Positions 36,950 to 49,490 of a stretch of 64,000 nucleotides of DNA are shown here, piece after piece; the stretch's first letter is position 1; each line of letters begins with the position of its first letter. The translations under genes and the position numbers were made by a program. Origin of the DNA: Macrostomum lignano (Eukaryota). The stretch is taken from positions 124,001 to 188,000 of the forward strand of contig NIVC01002115.1 in NCBI GenBank assembly GCA_002269645.1. The letters are read 5' to 3'. The notes under the pieces are model-generated. The model was given only the letters and a program-made list of their open reading frames with translations, did no database searches and had not been told where the DNA came from.

Positions 36950-37760
36950 GCACTTGCAGTTGAAGAACATCTACGAGAAGGAGACTGTGTCCGAAAGTCA
37001 AGTCTACAAAATCTTTGAGCAACTGCATTCCGGCTATGATTGCTCAGACGGTCGCGGCCAAAATCAGGGACCGACTGTACGAACTACAGGCCTATTCTGA
37101 TTGAGAAGGACAAACGTCTCACGGTGAAGAGAACCTGATCCATGCTCTGCAGCTGGTTGGTAACTAAACTTATCACTGATGAGAATCGTGCTGAGCACGT
37201 CCGCTGTCGACACAAGTTTTTAATTGATTATCAGCGTTCAAAACGCTGATACGCTATTACAAACTTATCATAGATATTTAATGTTAGACCCACCCATTTG
37301 CCTGCACTAAAACAGCCACGCAGACAATGTGTGCCCTCTCTGTGTTAATTTATCTAGCTGCCTAACTATGCAAAAAGCAAATAAGATGGGTGGGGCGGAA
37401 AAATATCACGCCACCACCCAACGCTGCCCCCGAGCACAATGTCGAGCATTATAAATACAATGCAATTGAAAGAGCCGAGGCTCTCCACTGCCGAGTTTAG
37501 TAGAGTTTGAGCTCAAAACTAAGAAAAGGACTTATCTCAGTTCTTTGAAGCTTCTGTCTGTCGTGGCAGAGGGGTAGCAGGAGTGTAAGGTAGTTGGCGT
37601 GAGAGGCCTTTCAGAGACTACCGATAAACGACCTGTTACATTGATGCAGAAGCCTAGCTTTCTGGACCGAATCATCACAGCCCATGAGATCTGGATGCAC
37701 TATACGTCACCCCGGAGACAAGGACTCAGTGGGTGACAAATCTTTCAGAATTGCACTGTC
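36950..37760 (+). mobile_element. Degraded mariner-type transposase, interrupted by unrelated sequence
   Basis: LKNIYEKETVSESQVYKIF...IEKDKRLTV resembles the mariner HTH region. FLDRIITAHEIWMHY (near 37660-37710) resembles FLxRIVTGDETW. TIRs not found. Confidence 0.55.
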
Positions 37761-39709
37761 AAAAAACCGTCGCGCCATATACGACATCGGAAACTGGAAA
37801 TGCAATCATTTGGAAACTTTCAAACACTAAGGAGTCATCATCGATATTTGCTGACAGAGTCGTCACCTAAATTGAAATTATCAGTGACTGATCGCAGGCC
37901 TTACGACTAACCGTCATTTACGATTAGGTGCCCATCGGAAGTGAAAACAATGACTATCTATCAGAGCAGTGTAACATTCATATCATCTACAATTATGAAT
38001 TATTGTGGCCATTTTGTGGGAAGAAGCAATTCAAATCAAGCTTTTCAAAAAGCAGCCTTTTAGCTCAACATAACAGACTTAGATATAACTTTTCGTAGCT
38101 AGCTCATTCGTACTCGCTCGTAAAATCATGCTGCAAAAAATCGGTTGAAATTGAGGATTTGCTGTCAGGCCGGTATTTCTAAACTGTATGGATTAAAAGC
38201 AGATAGGCAGACAACAAGTTATGCACCAATAACCTGGGCTGTCTCGTGAGACTCAATTTGTATACTTGCACTCTCTTTGGCGGCTCAAATTCTTCTCATT
38301 TTGAATATTTTAATAAAAATTAGAACAGAACTGTTGCGACAAACTGGCAAGAGGGTCACAGAAGTTTTTGACATCAATCATTCAGCATGCTCGTAATACG
38401 TGCTAAATATGCCTTTTTGATGAAAACTACTTCAAGACAGTTAGCAAGAGTAACAAAAAGACAAATTTTAAAGCAACTTTTGAATGTCAATTCAAAGATC
38501 AATTTCAACAAAAATAAAATCGACAAAAAACTAGAAAAAATCGGATTAGTGATCGCGATTCAAAGACGGAAGGAAAATACAGAGCCTGCAAATTTTATTG
38601 TAGGACGCGTCAATCATTTCAGTTTAGTTTTGTGACATACATGGAAGGTTCTGGTAATTTCCAGATGTCCAAAATTGGGAGTTTTTCCGTGTCTAAACAT
38701 AGTAAGGACGGCATGGTTGCTCTATAAATTATTGTCTTGTTATTTCCGTATTTTGTCGTAAACGAGTGCGCACTAATTAATATAGTTATAGAAAGATATG
38801 GATAACTTATGATTATAATATAGTCCTAGATAGTCGGGAAGCTATAATCGAAAATGGACAGCTACTTTCTTTCAAATATCCAAGTTTGCCTACTGAGAGT
38901 AGCAAATAAAAAAACAATGAGGCAAAAAATGACAAAATAAAAAAATTCTTTTTAATCCCTTTTTACAAAATAAGTGCAGTAATATATGTATATACAATCC
39001 AGCACTTCATCTTTAATAGCTTAAATGATTAGTCGGAAGTGGCTCAGTTGTCATGTGTATTGCCGACGAGAATGACCACACCGCACTTCTGAACAATTAA
39101 CTATCTATCTATCTACTGAACGCCTTCTGTGAGTAGTTCGTGTACATACGAACGGAGGGATCTTTTTCATCTGAATTTCAGTGGCTTAATGTACGAGTAT
39201 TCGCTCGAAAAGAAACCAAAGTTCGATGCTTCATTATATTAGCTGCGTACATGTATATTGCTTCTGGAAATTCCATGCTGAAGGTTTTTGATATATTAGC
39301 AAAAAACATTAAAAATAATGTAACTACATGTCACGTATTGTTGTAGGGCTTCGAGTGTTCCAACACTAACGGAAATTGATAGGGACTGCAGATAGAGGCA
39401 TAAAAATTGAACAGATAGATGTATAAAGTTACGAAATCGAAAGTAAAAACCAGCTGTGAATGTATGCACTATGCATGTACACACGTTTCAAATTTGTCAT
39501 AATTCGCATTGTTCGACACATAAAGCTTTTTAATTAGTCGCCAAAAGTACATCTGCAAGCCATTCCTGGCGCTTAACAAGACCGCCCTTTGTGCTACGCC
39601 AACTATAATTACCAGGAGGGGTTAAAAATTTGTCAAGTTTAATATTCCGAATTCAATTAGGCGAGATTACCAGTAGGAATGCCAAGCCATTTTTCCGCCC
39701 GTCGAACTA

Positions 39710-40522
39710 CCAAGAGGGGTGAAAATTTCCCCCCCCCGGACAATTTTTTGTTGCGCCGTATTGGAGCAACGCAGGCACACGAAATCCAAGAACACGCGCT
39801 AACTTTTTGTGTCGCACCTTCTTGATTCGATTCATTGAAACAAGAATCGACAAGAATAAATAAGATCAAGATCTGTCGATTCTTGAAACAAGAATCAAGT
39901 CGCCAGCCCTCCAGAGTCCAGACCGTCGAGATATTCGACGATTCTGCCAGAAGGCGATCTGATTTTTCCCACAAGCGCTAGTGTATTCAGTACACCCCCT
40001 GTGCGCCAATCAGCACTGCGCCTCAGTGCAGCCTTGCCAAGTCTCCAAATTTCATCAGCACGTCGACCACATGTGTCTGCATCAGATGACGGAATGCTCG
40101 AGAGACTAGCTGAGGATTTAGCAACCAGCAGTTGATTTTTGCCCACTGTCGAGGCTTGATCAGCGAAACTAGAAAAATGTGCAAAAGCGTGTCCATAGTC
40201 ACCTGGTGCCACCTGTTGAAGATCCAGAAGCTCCACCTGGGTGTAGGCTAGTGACCAATGAAGTCAGAGCTGATGCAGACACATGTGGTCGACGTGCTGA
40301 TGAAATTTGGAGACTTGGCAAGGCTGCACTGAGGCGCAGTGCTGATTGGCGCACAGGGGTGTACTGAATACACTAGCGCTTGTGGGAAAAATCAGACCTT
40401 CTGGCAGAATCATCGAATATCTCGACGGTCTGGACTCTGGAGGGCTGGCGACTTGATTCTTGTTTGAGAAGGTGCGCAAAAAATAATTGTCTGGCGGGGG
40501 GGGGAATTTTTCACCCCCTTGG
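39710..40522. mobile_element. Long-TIR MITE/foldback element, TA-flanked
   Basis: Ends TA-CCAAGAGGGGTGAAAATTTCCCC / GGGGAATTTTTCACCCCCTTGG-TA. Inner arms 39886-40085 and 40270-40465 are near-perfect reverse complements around a 184-nt loop. Confidence 0.8.
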
Positions 40523-41260
40523 TAGGTATTGTTAAACGGTTTTTTAAAGAATTCGGGTTCATTTAAATACTCGTAGAAGAGATTGGCATCATATAGATTT
40601 CTGAGGAACCAAAAGCCCTAGGAGTAGGACATACATGTACTGTACATGCAGTACTCGATAGGACTTCTAAAGATAATTAATTTGGGAATTTGGGATCTCA
40701 AAAAATTTGATAAAGGGATCGTGGGACTTTTCTGTCCGCAGAGGCAGATACACTGTACCTGTGGACTCAGGACTGGCGTTAAAATTTTGGAGCGATGTCT
40801 GATTACCAAATTAGGCCAGCTGGTTTCTAGTGGCGTCGTATTTTTGGTTTGGATATGAGCGCCCCTGTCATCATGGGTGCACGCCTCGACCGTCTCTTAA
40901 GCCGGCGGATGCTTTTAGAGCTCGATTTTGTGGCCCCCTCTGCCCCCCTTTGTGCGCGCCATATATTGCTGTCAATTGCTACATATGTTTTACAGTATTT
41001 CTGTCATTTATTGTTCCTCCTGCTAATATATCAGTGTTTACCCAATCGCTATCTCCTTTTTTCATATCGATCTTTCTGCGATGGAAACATGTATAAATCT
41101 GGCAGGCAAAAGTTCGCAAGCGAAAACTCGATCTGTAAAAAACCAAAGTTCAACTTCTAGGTGGCTTCCAATTAAGAAACGCGGCAAAACAGCTGATGCT
41201 GTATCATGGACGGCCGCAATTCTACGTAGACAGTGCATGGATACACATGTAGCTCGTATA

Positions 41261-41873
41261 TACTCAGCAACAGCTAAACCCCCCCCAACTCACGCTGTCA
41301 CACGGGCACAAAAGTTAAGCAATGTCTTTAATTCCAGTCTCAGTATCGTGTGTAGGAACCACGAGCATGCAAAAGTGCCGTGACTCGTCGTGGCATCCTG
41401 ATCACCAGCCGGTTGATGAACTCTTGGGGCAGCTGCTGCCAGGCATTCAGCACCGCCAGTCGCAACTGTTCAGCATTCTGTGGGGCATCCTGCTGAACTC
41501 TTCGCTTTACAAAGTCCCAGACATGCTCGATAGGGTTCATGTCTGGAGACTTTGACGGCCAGTTCAATGTGCGAATGCCGAGCTGCTCCTTCAGCAGCTG
41601 CACGTGTGCTGCTCGATGTGGCGCAGCGTTGTCGTCTTGAAGCATGCAGTTCTGCGGGCCGCCAAAGGTTGTCGTAGCAAATGGCAGAAACTTTGCAGCA
41701 ATGCAGCCACCAGTGGGTTGAGTTGCGCCACACCCTCCCCAAATCCCCCATGCCGCACTTTGCGCTCGCGTCTGGCGGCGGCAGCCTTCACACATTTCTG
41801 AGTCACCGATGGCATACAAAACTTTTAGGCCGTGTGACAGCGTGAGTGGGGGGTTTTTAGCTGTTGCTGAGTA
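41261..41873 (-). mobile_element. Internally deleted Tc1-family element (about 610 bp) with both TIRs and the C-terminal DD34E region
   Basis: About 55-bp TIRs TACTCAGCAACAGCTAAA...ACTCACGCTGTCACACGG...AAAAGTT, with TA on both sides. ORF 41340..41819 contains QDDNAAPH...WPSKSPDMNPIEHVW, with D-to-E spacing of 34. Confidence 0.92.
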
Positions 41874-42373
41874 TATTAAGAAATCGCCTACTGAAAACTA
41901 GCAAGCAATTGTAATTAATGTGAATCTAATGCTTGTATAATAAGCCTGCGCATTGATACATGTACATGTATAGTTAAATAGAACTGCGAAAACGTGTCCT
42001 ATATACGTCTACAATACATTACGTTTGGAGGCAGAGTTTTTCGTGTGATCGCACGGCTCGTACACATTTTAGTCGCTTTATTTGTACATCAGTTTGTGTG
42101 ATTCGATGACTTCATTGGTGGGTACTATGAACGAGACTTCAAGAGCTAAGAGGCAAAAACGTACATAAGTGCGGTGATGGAGTCAAATGCAGATGTATTT
42201 ACTCAATAATGGACTGAATAGCTTTCTTATAGAAATACGGCAATCTGTTTGATTTTTTTACAACCAGTATGGCGTGGTATCGACATAGAAGTGCATGTAC
42301 ATTAACAGCCTTTGACGCCATGCACTTCTCTCAGTGGATTTACTGAGGATTAGGAGGTGATCTATACTTAGTC

Positions 42374-42615
42374 CAAGGACAACTCACGTAGAAGGACGGG
42401 TAGCCTCAGTTCTTTGGAAATTTTAAGAGGCAGGTTATACCGAAAAAATACACTACGGAGATTGGAAGTTTTCAGTTTTACAGCACAAAGTTAAAAATTG
42501 TTATTGCTTTCGATAGGAGGCAGACCCAGTGCTCATCTTTTGATATCTTGTGCCTTTCTTATTTTTCTATTGATATTCATAGAGCTTTTCGTTCAGAAAA
42601 TTAAGATTCTATATA
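42374..42615 (+). repeat. Third copy of the CAAGGAC...GGACGG dispersed repeat
   Basis: Aligns by eye to 22537-22795 over about 240 bp. Confidence 0.7.
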
Positions 42616-42865
42616 TTCATAAAAAGCATTCATAAATTTTCAAATAATCGAACAATCACTGGTCGAGCAATTTAATTTGTGTTCAAAGGAATTGAAGCCA
42701 GTTTATCTTGTTGATAGGCAAAATACAGGCATGTTATACATAGATATACAGCTACAAATTCGAATTATGATTTGATGAATCGAGCACAGTAAGGTTATGA
42801 AAATCAATAACTATTAAGACAGTTTGTCAGAAAAAATCCCTAAGCTTGAAGCACAAGTACTGGGA

Positions 42866-43707
42866 TCATTCGTGAGCGTCATCGCTGGCAGCGGGGGCTG
42901 GCTGCTGCTGTTGCTGCTGCTGCCAATTCGGCACGCTTGGTCCGCCAAGCTGCTGCAGATCCTCCCGGGAGAGAAGCAGCCGCTGCACCGACTCCACAGC
43001 CTGCCGGGTCTTCGCCTGCTCGCCCTCGACGAAGCTGAGCATGTTGACCACCTGGTCCAGTCTGTAAGCGGGACGTCGGTACAGGACTGTGACTCACTGA
43101 GAAATGGGCACTGCGTCTGGGAGGGTGGAGGACCAGTCTGGGATCGATTAAGGTAGGGGATCAGCAAGTGAAGATCTGGGAGGCTGGCCTAGCAACTGAC
43201 ACTTTGGGAGGCTGGCCCAGCAACTGACACTCTGGGAGGCTGGCCCAGCAACTGAGGATCTGGGAGGCTGGCCCAGCAACTGAGGATCTGGGAGGCTGGC
43301 CCAGCAACTGAGGATCTGGGAGGCTGGCCCAGCAACTGAGGATCTGGGAGGCTGGCCCAGCAACTGAGGATCTGGGAGGCTGGCTCAGCAACTAAGGATC
43401 TGTGAGGCTGGCTCGGAAACTGAGGATCTGAGTAGGTTTAGAGAGAAATTGCTTAAACAGGTATTAAACTCGGCCATCATTGCCCATAAACACACTTGCT
43501 CTGCAGGTGGGCCAGTTTTTCCCCAGCCTCTCGCTGTGCCACGGCCACAGTGCAGATCTTGGCAAACAGCTCGTGCACTGTGGGCCCGCCAAGGATTGAT
43601 GCCAGATTGCGCCAGGATCTGCGCAATCGGCGGCGCATTAAGAAAACTAGAATCGCTAAAGCGCCTGTCCAAAACAGGCTTAAACGAGCTCGCCTTGTCA
43701 GAGCCAT
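42866..43707 (-). CDS. Putative 147-aa orphan protein with an N-terminal membrane anchor, helical core and Gln-rich tail. Exons 43707-43500, 43137-43098, 43061-42866
   Basis: Exons sum to 444 nt = 148 codons with compatible phases. Intron 2 is a 36-nt GT-AG mini-intron; intron 1 requires a GC donor (GCAAGT). Sequence: MALTRRARLSLFWTGALAILVFLMRRRLRR...LDQVVNMLSFVEGEQAKTRQAVESVQRLLL...QQQQQQQ. Confidence 0.45.
43175..43425. repeat. 28-bp tandem repeat (CTGGGAGGCTGGCCCAGCAACTGAGGAT), about 8 copies, in intron 1 of the orphan gene
   Basis: Unit read directly. Confidence 0.92.
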
Positions 43708-46700
43708 GAATATTTGTACGTTTAATTGGGACTTTTAATTGATATTATGCTATAATTGACATATAGACAATTTCTGCAGTCTAGAAAAGAACTTTATAGA
43801 GTTGCTGAAATTTCATATCTAATTTTTGTAAGCTTCTGTTGTGCCATGCTGCATCCCTATTTTTCTCTCCCTCTCTATGGTTGAGCCCATGAGCCAGTGG
43901 TTCAGGCAGCTGTTTCCTATACTATGCTACAATCTGGCCTACGCTCTACCCACTCTCCTTCCATGTTGATTTTGCGCCTAACCCCAGTTTTCTTTCTGTC
44001 CTGTGCCTTCTACCTCCAGAGACTCCTGATTGGCTGGCTGAGGGAGGGGGTGGGTTTGCTGTGGCTGTCAACCCATCCCCTGTACCTCCTCCCTCTGCTA
44101 TGCTATTTGAAGTGCACCCTTCTCCCAACCCATTTTTCCACCACGAACCCTCTCTTTTGTTCTCATGTGACTGTGCAAAAGCAGTGCTCTACAGTTAAGG
44201 TAAATACATTGGACATTGTGGCTAGCAAACCATAGGCGGTTGTGCACTTTTATGGAACTTTTGCAGCATTAGGCAGGACCTAGGCATCTCCTAGCTGGGT
44301 GTCTTTCCTTCTAGCTCCTACCATTGGTGACCTAGGGGTTGCTAATAGCTTTGGACATGATAGGTTTCTATTTAACCTATTTCTAACCTAAGAAGTGAAG
44401 ATTAAACTTTATTAAGATCCCTAAGTCATTAAAATTATTAAAATAAACAAAAGAAAACAAAATATTAAAGTTTTTTTTCTATTTTTAAAATGACCCTTGA
44501 TTAAATTATATTTAAAAAGGCTATAGAAAAATGAATATTTTGTTTTGCTTGAAGTTCAGAATAAGAAACTAACCAAGAAGGTGAGTAAAAAATATTGATA
44601 AAAATGATAGGAATTATTGACATTGTATGGTAACAAGTTTAATAATATTTACAAACTATGCATAGGCCCTAGTATAAAATGCTACATTTTATTTTTTAAG
44701 CTAGAATATTTAAAATGAACAACCTTTACACTCTAATACCGGGTACAAACTCACTATAAAAGAAAATGAATACAGACAGAATAACAATAAAAATAGCACA
44801 AATAGTTAGCCAATTAGAATTTGAAATGTGTTCCGCAAGTTTGACAAATGAGGTTTTAATCATTGTATCATTTGCTTTAGTTAGGATATTAGCTGAAAGA
44901 TATTATTATAAGCATATATGATTAAAATGCTAAATTGTTAAGTTTTGACTAAGTCTTATAGTAGCCTGTATATTAAAATTTTAAATATAGAATGTTTATA
45001 ATTATAGTTCATAACAAAGTTTTTAGGTATCTAGGTCTCTAGGTCAAGTCCTAGAAAATGCCAACATTGTAATTACCACATATTGTCACTATTATCATTA
45101 TAGATTAAATTATAAGCTAGAAACACTAGTAGATCTAGGTAGGGGGATCAAAGGGATTGGGCTGGTTGGCTAACTTTTTTTCCAAGAAAATATATCCTAT
45201 GCCTTAAATAGGGGGGCCTAACAATAAAAATTTACAAATCAAATCTCTTTGATATTATCTAACAAGATTTTTTAAACTTAAGCTTAATCAATAATCAAGC
45301 TTTTTTTAAATATATTTTAGCTCATAGAGCAGCAGCTCTTTCATTGATAGAAAGCATTAGGGCCTTAGGGGCTAGGGCCTATTATTAGCAATAGCAAATA
45401 GGCCTAGTCACTTAAAAGAATGGCTATTATTATTATTTTAGTGACTATACAAATAGTTGCAACAACTTGTCCTTTATTATTGCTACATCTTTCTAATAAT
45501 GTCAGATGTATATATTACAAGTAAATTTGTTTTTCTAACATACACTTGAATTTATGGTATTTTGAAAAAAGCCTAGGTTTCTTTGCCATTTATAGACTTA
45601 TAGTAGGCCTAATCTAATCTAGTCAATTTTGCAAAAGACCAAGTATGATAGGCATAACTATTGTTGTTAACTAATACAAATTCATCTCTTGAATATTGTT
45701 ACATTGACAGTGATTGACAAGGATAGAAAGTGATTGCATTTAAAGAATATGCCTATTTGGCAACTATGCTCGGGCTAGGCCTAGTAGGCTAGTATGTGAT
45801 TAGGCTGACAGGTCTACTAGCCAAGACTTAGAAATAAATCCCGGAACATAAGAATAGGAGTATGAATAGGAATAGGAATAGGCCTATACTATATATATCT
45901 ATATGAAAAAGCAGCATCTAGACTGTCTAATACATAAGATCTAAGGCATGATAAACAGACATTATATGATATATCTAGGCCTAGTTTTCAAAGAAAAGAG
46001 ATCTAACCAAAAACTAACCAGCAACACGGCCGGACATAATTTGCTTCTTAGAAAAAATCTTCTCGCCCTATCTCTTTTTGAGATTTCCCAGAACCCAAAA
46101 TCATAAGGGCTTTCTAAGAAAAAAGCAGTAGTATATAACAACTTCGTCAACCCTAAAGAAGGTTTTAATGTCAGAATATTTTTACGAAGTCAAGTTTTTC
46201 TGCCTTAATGATATGCTTCACAAAATATGGCTCTATAGTCCTGGAATCAAAATTGACAATGTGAAATTAAGCCCAACCATGTGGAATCTGGAATGCGTCT
46301 TATTTATACCGATCGCAGCATCGCAGTACGATGCCGAGCAGTCAACTACTGCTCCGTGAAAAGCAACAGCCCCTTCACGCCGGCGAAGAACGTAAAAAGA
46401 CGCAAAATTATGGCTTGTTGCATGCACCATCGGCCCTTACAGCCCAAGACCAAACCGACCGCGCCGAATTTGACAGCTCCCTTTCAAGTAGCTGCATATG
46501 TACCGTGCACAGGCTACAGACCACACGGCAAGCAAAACACCAAACCATGAAATTTCGCAGTAAAACCCAGCAGTTGTACAGCCGTCTACACGTGTAGCTG
46601 GCTGTACGGGCCGGTTGTACGATTTGCTGTACGGGAAATTATGTAGACGCGGTCCTTGGCCATATTAGACACACAGACGAAATAATGTACAGATCTAGAC

Positions 46701-49119
46701 ACGTCAGACGACGTTTCTGACGTCTATACATGTTATTAATGTCGCTGAATAATAAGAAATTTTGCATTACGAGCTTGGCCAACGAATAAACCCAGCTGGG
46801 AAACGTATAATGTTTAACGGTCGAAACTAGCGGCCATTATGCTCCCTCTGCAAAAGCGGCGTGCATGTACCTGGGCGTAGTCAAGAGGGATAGCTAAGGG
46901 AGCAAATTTGGCAGGTCGCCCCCTCGCCCAGGAAGATGGCCCTAATCGGCCTGCCAACGTACATATATAATTGTGAGTCCGCGACCGGTCATCTTAGTTT
47001 TATTGGACCGTTAGAAGACTGCCCTGCCAGGAACATTGGTGACTCTTTCAAGGTTCCATAGGCCTTTGGACTCGCAAAACTGTTGTCAAACTGGGGTCAA
47101 GGCTCCAGCTCGCGTTCTCCTTTTATAAGCTTCATCTTTCTCTAGAACAGATAGCAAAACAAAAGAGCAGGTGCCCATTCCGACATACCGTAAATTATAT
47201 GGAATGCTCGACCTGCAGTTATCTTTTTTTCGAGAGCCTGGTGCAGTCTGAAAAACTACTTTTTGTCAGTTTGTGATTTAGACTTCTCTTTTCCTTGTCC
47301 TGTTAATTTCATCTTTCATCTGCATCCATGCTCTCCCATTCGTCCTCCTTCACAATTCCTTTCCCCTTTTCTCTTTGATATATTGCTAGGAGGAGTTGCA
47401 TTAGCACAATAATATTTCAAGCGTATATAAGAATATCAGCATACTTTTTCATGTCATATCACCAGATGTCAAGGTACGGCTGGTACGCTCGCATTCGGCG
47501 GCCACCTGACATGCAGATGGGTCAAGGATCGAAGCAAGAGACTGGTGATTTTTTCTCATTTTTTTTTCTGACAACAAATGATCTATCAGTTTTCGGCCTG
47601 TTGTTCGCATGAATCTACATGTACAAATGTAGATGTTGGTCCTAATCTTCTGTGAATTTTCCCATTGCTTTCAACTTCATCACTGATCTATTGTGTGTAT
47701 TTTAATACTGATTTTGGACTTGGCAGTGCTGAAACTCATAAATCATTTTTATTAAAATTGGATGATTTATGGCCACACCTGTTTATCGCTTTTTGAGGGT
47801 TCCAAGAGACCTGATGTGATCTCTCAGCTTTTCGTGGGTTTTGTTTAGCAACTAGCTGCTCGGCCAATCAGAAAATTGGGTGTGCATTTTAACAAATTGG
47901 CTCAGCCAATCAGAATCGCCGTGTTTAACTAAAACAAATCGCGGACCAGTTGTTTCCTATTTAAACCGCTGATTTTACTCGCTCGGAACTACTCACAATC
48001 TTCTGCTTAAAAAGACTGCCCTGGGAACTCCATGTCGCCCTCTCCAACTGTCAGAATGATTGTCCGCGGCGCCAAAATGAGTGTTTGCCTGCAATTCTCA
48101 AAATAATGTGCATGTAGGAATCTGTCACATACATGTAGAATTCATCCCCACAATACTTGTAAAACCCATGGCGACACCCCTGAAGTCTTGTGATTTTTTG
48201 TGTGGTCCGTTTTCAGTAAGAATGATTGGGCATTGCACTTTACTTGATTGCTTTTTATGTACTCAAATTTTCGAGGCAGAAAACCAGCGTCTACTACTAC
48301 AAATAGCTTTTTCGCCCATGAATCAGTTCAAGTACTGAATGGCCATATAGTAATCAGTCGATCGATCAATAATCTATATAATTTTGAATCAGAATTCAAG
48401 TCAGTCATGTACGAGCGTACTTTAGTGCTGACTCAGGTGGCATCGTGGTTGATTTTTTATGCACTAAAATTGCCACGGGGTCAGAGCTTGCGATTCCCGC
48501 CCGTTCGTGTCAATCAACTCCCAAGGCGTAGGTCGTGTGCACATGCCTTCCGATAGGCCAAGGCCGCTGTACATAGCTGTGCGTGTGTGTGTGCTTGAGG
48601 TTCAACCCATTCAGATGGGTTCGGCCTTCTTAAGCCCTTGATCGGAGGCTTGTCCGGTCTCAAAGCTTAAAAAATCAACCACTGAATGCTTCTGGCCTCC
48701 CTCATAGATGTGGCGAGCTTCATCAATAAAAGTAGACTTTACGCCTTACCTGTTTCTCTTCCATCTGAAATTATTTTAGGAAATGGTTTTAGTAGAACTT
48801 TCGAGGGAAATTGCTTTCAAAACCATGAATTCTACGTCAAAGTGGTTTCTGACGCTGGCATGTAGCTTGTAGCTACTTAATTCTTCACGTGATCAACTAT
48901 ACAAGCAAAATATTGACGGGAACAATTGCTACTATAAGTAGACAGATACATGTAGGAAAAGATAGATGCAATCCTCAACATTCTGTTGAATGGATTAAAA
49001 ATCGCTGTAAGTTGGTCAATACGAACAGCCCAGGCCTTGATCGGCTTATCAGGGGACCACAAACTTTTTTAACTAAAGGTCCAGATAGAGAATCCAGTTC
49101 ATGGCTGCGGGCCAGATGA

Positions 49120-49490
49120 GAGTGGAATGGAGAGGAAAGGGAAGATGAGAGAAGAGATGAAAGAAGAGAGAAGAGGCGAAAGATGGCTTAAAGAAAGAGA
49201 TAGTAGAAAAGATAAGAGGAGAGAAGAGGAGAGAGAGAGGAGATGGGGGGAGAGGACAGAGGTGGGGAGAGAGAAGAGAGAGAGGAGAGAGAGGAGATGG
49301 GGAGAGAGGAGAGAGAAGAGAGGAGGGAGAATAGAAGATAGGGGGAGAGAGGAGAGAGAGGGGAGACGGGTAGTGAAGAGAGAGAGAAGAAGAGGGAGCG
49401 GGGGATAGAGAAGAGAAGAGAGGGGAAAGATGAGAGAAATCGGAGAGGGAGGGACGAGGAGAGAAGAAGAGAGCTGAGAAGAGACGCAAA
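49120..49490. repeat. GA-rich polypurine low-complexity tract
   Basis: Almost only G/A on the plus strand for about 370 bp. Confidence 0.9.

Noticed and set aside
47860-47970. CCAAT/ATTGG cluster followed by TATTTAAA as a promoter
   Set aside because: Suggestive, but no gene could be tied to it; short motifs are common by chance.
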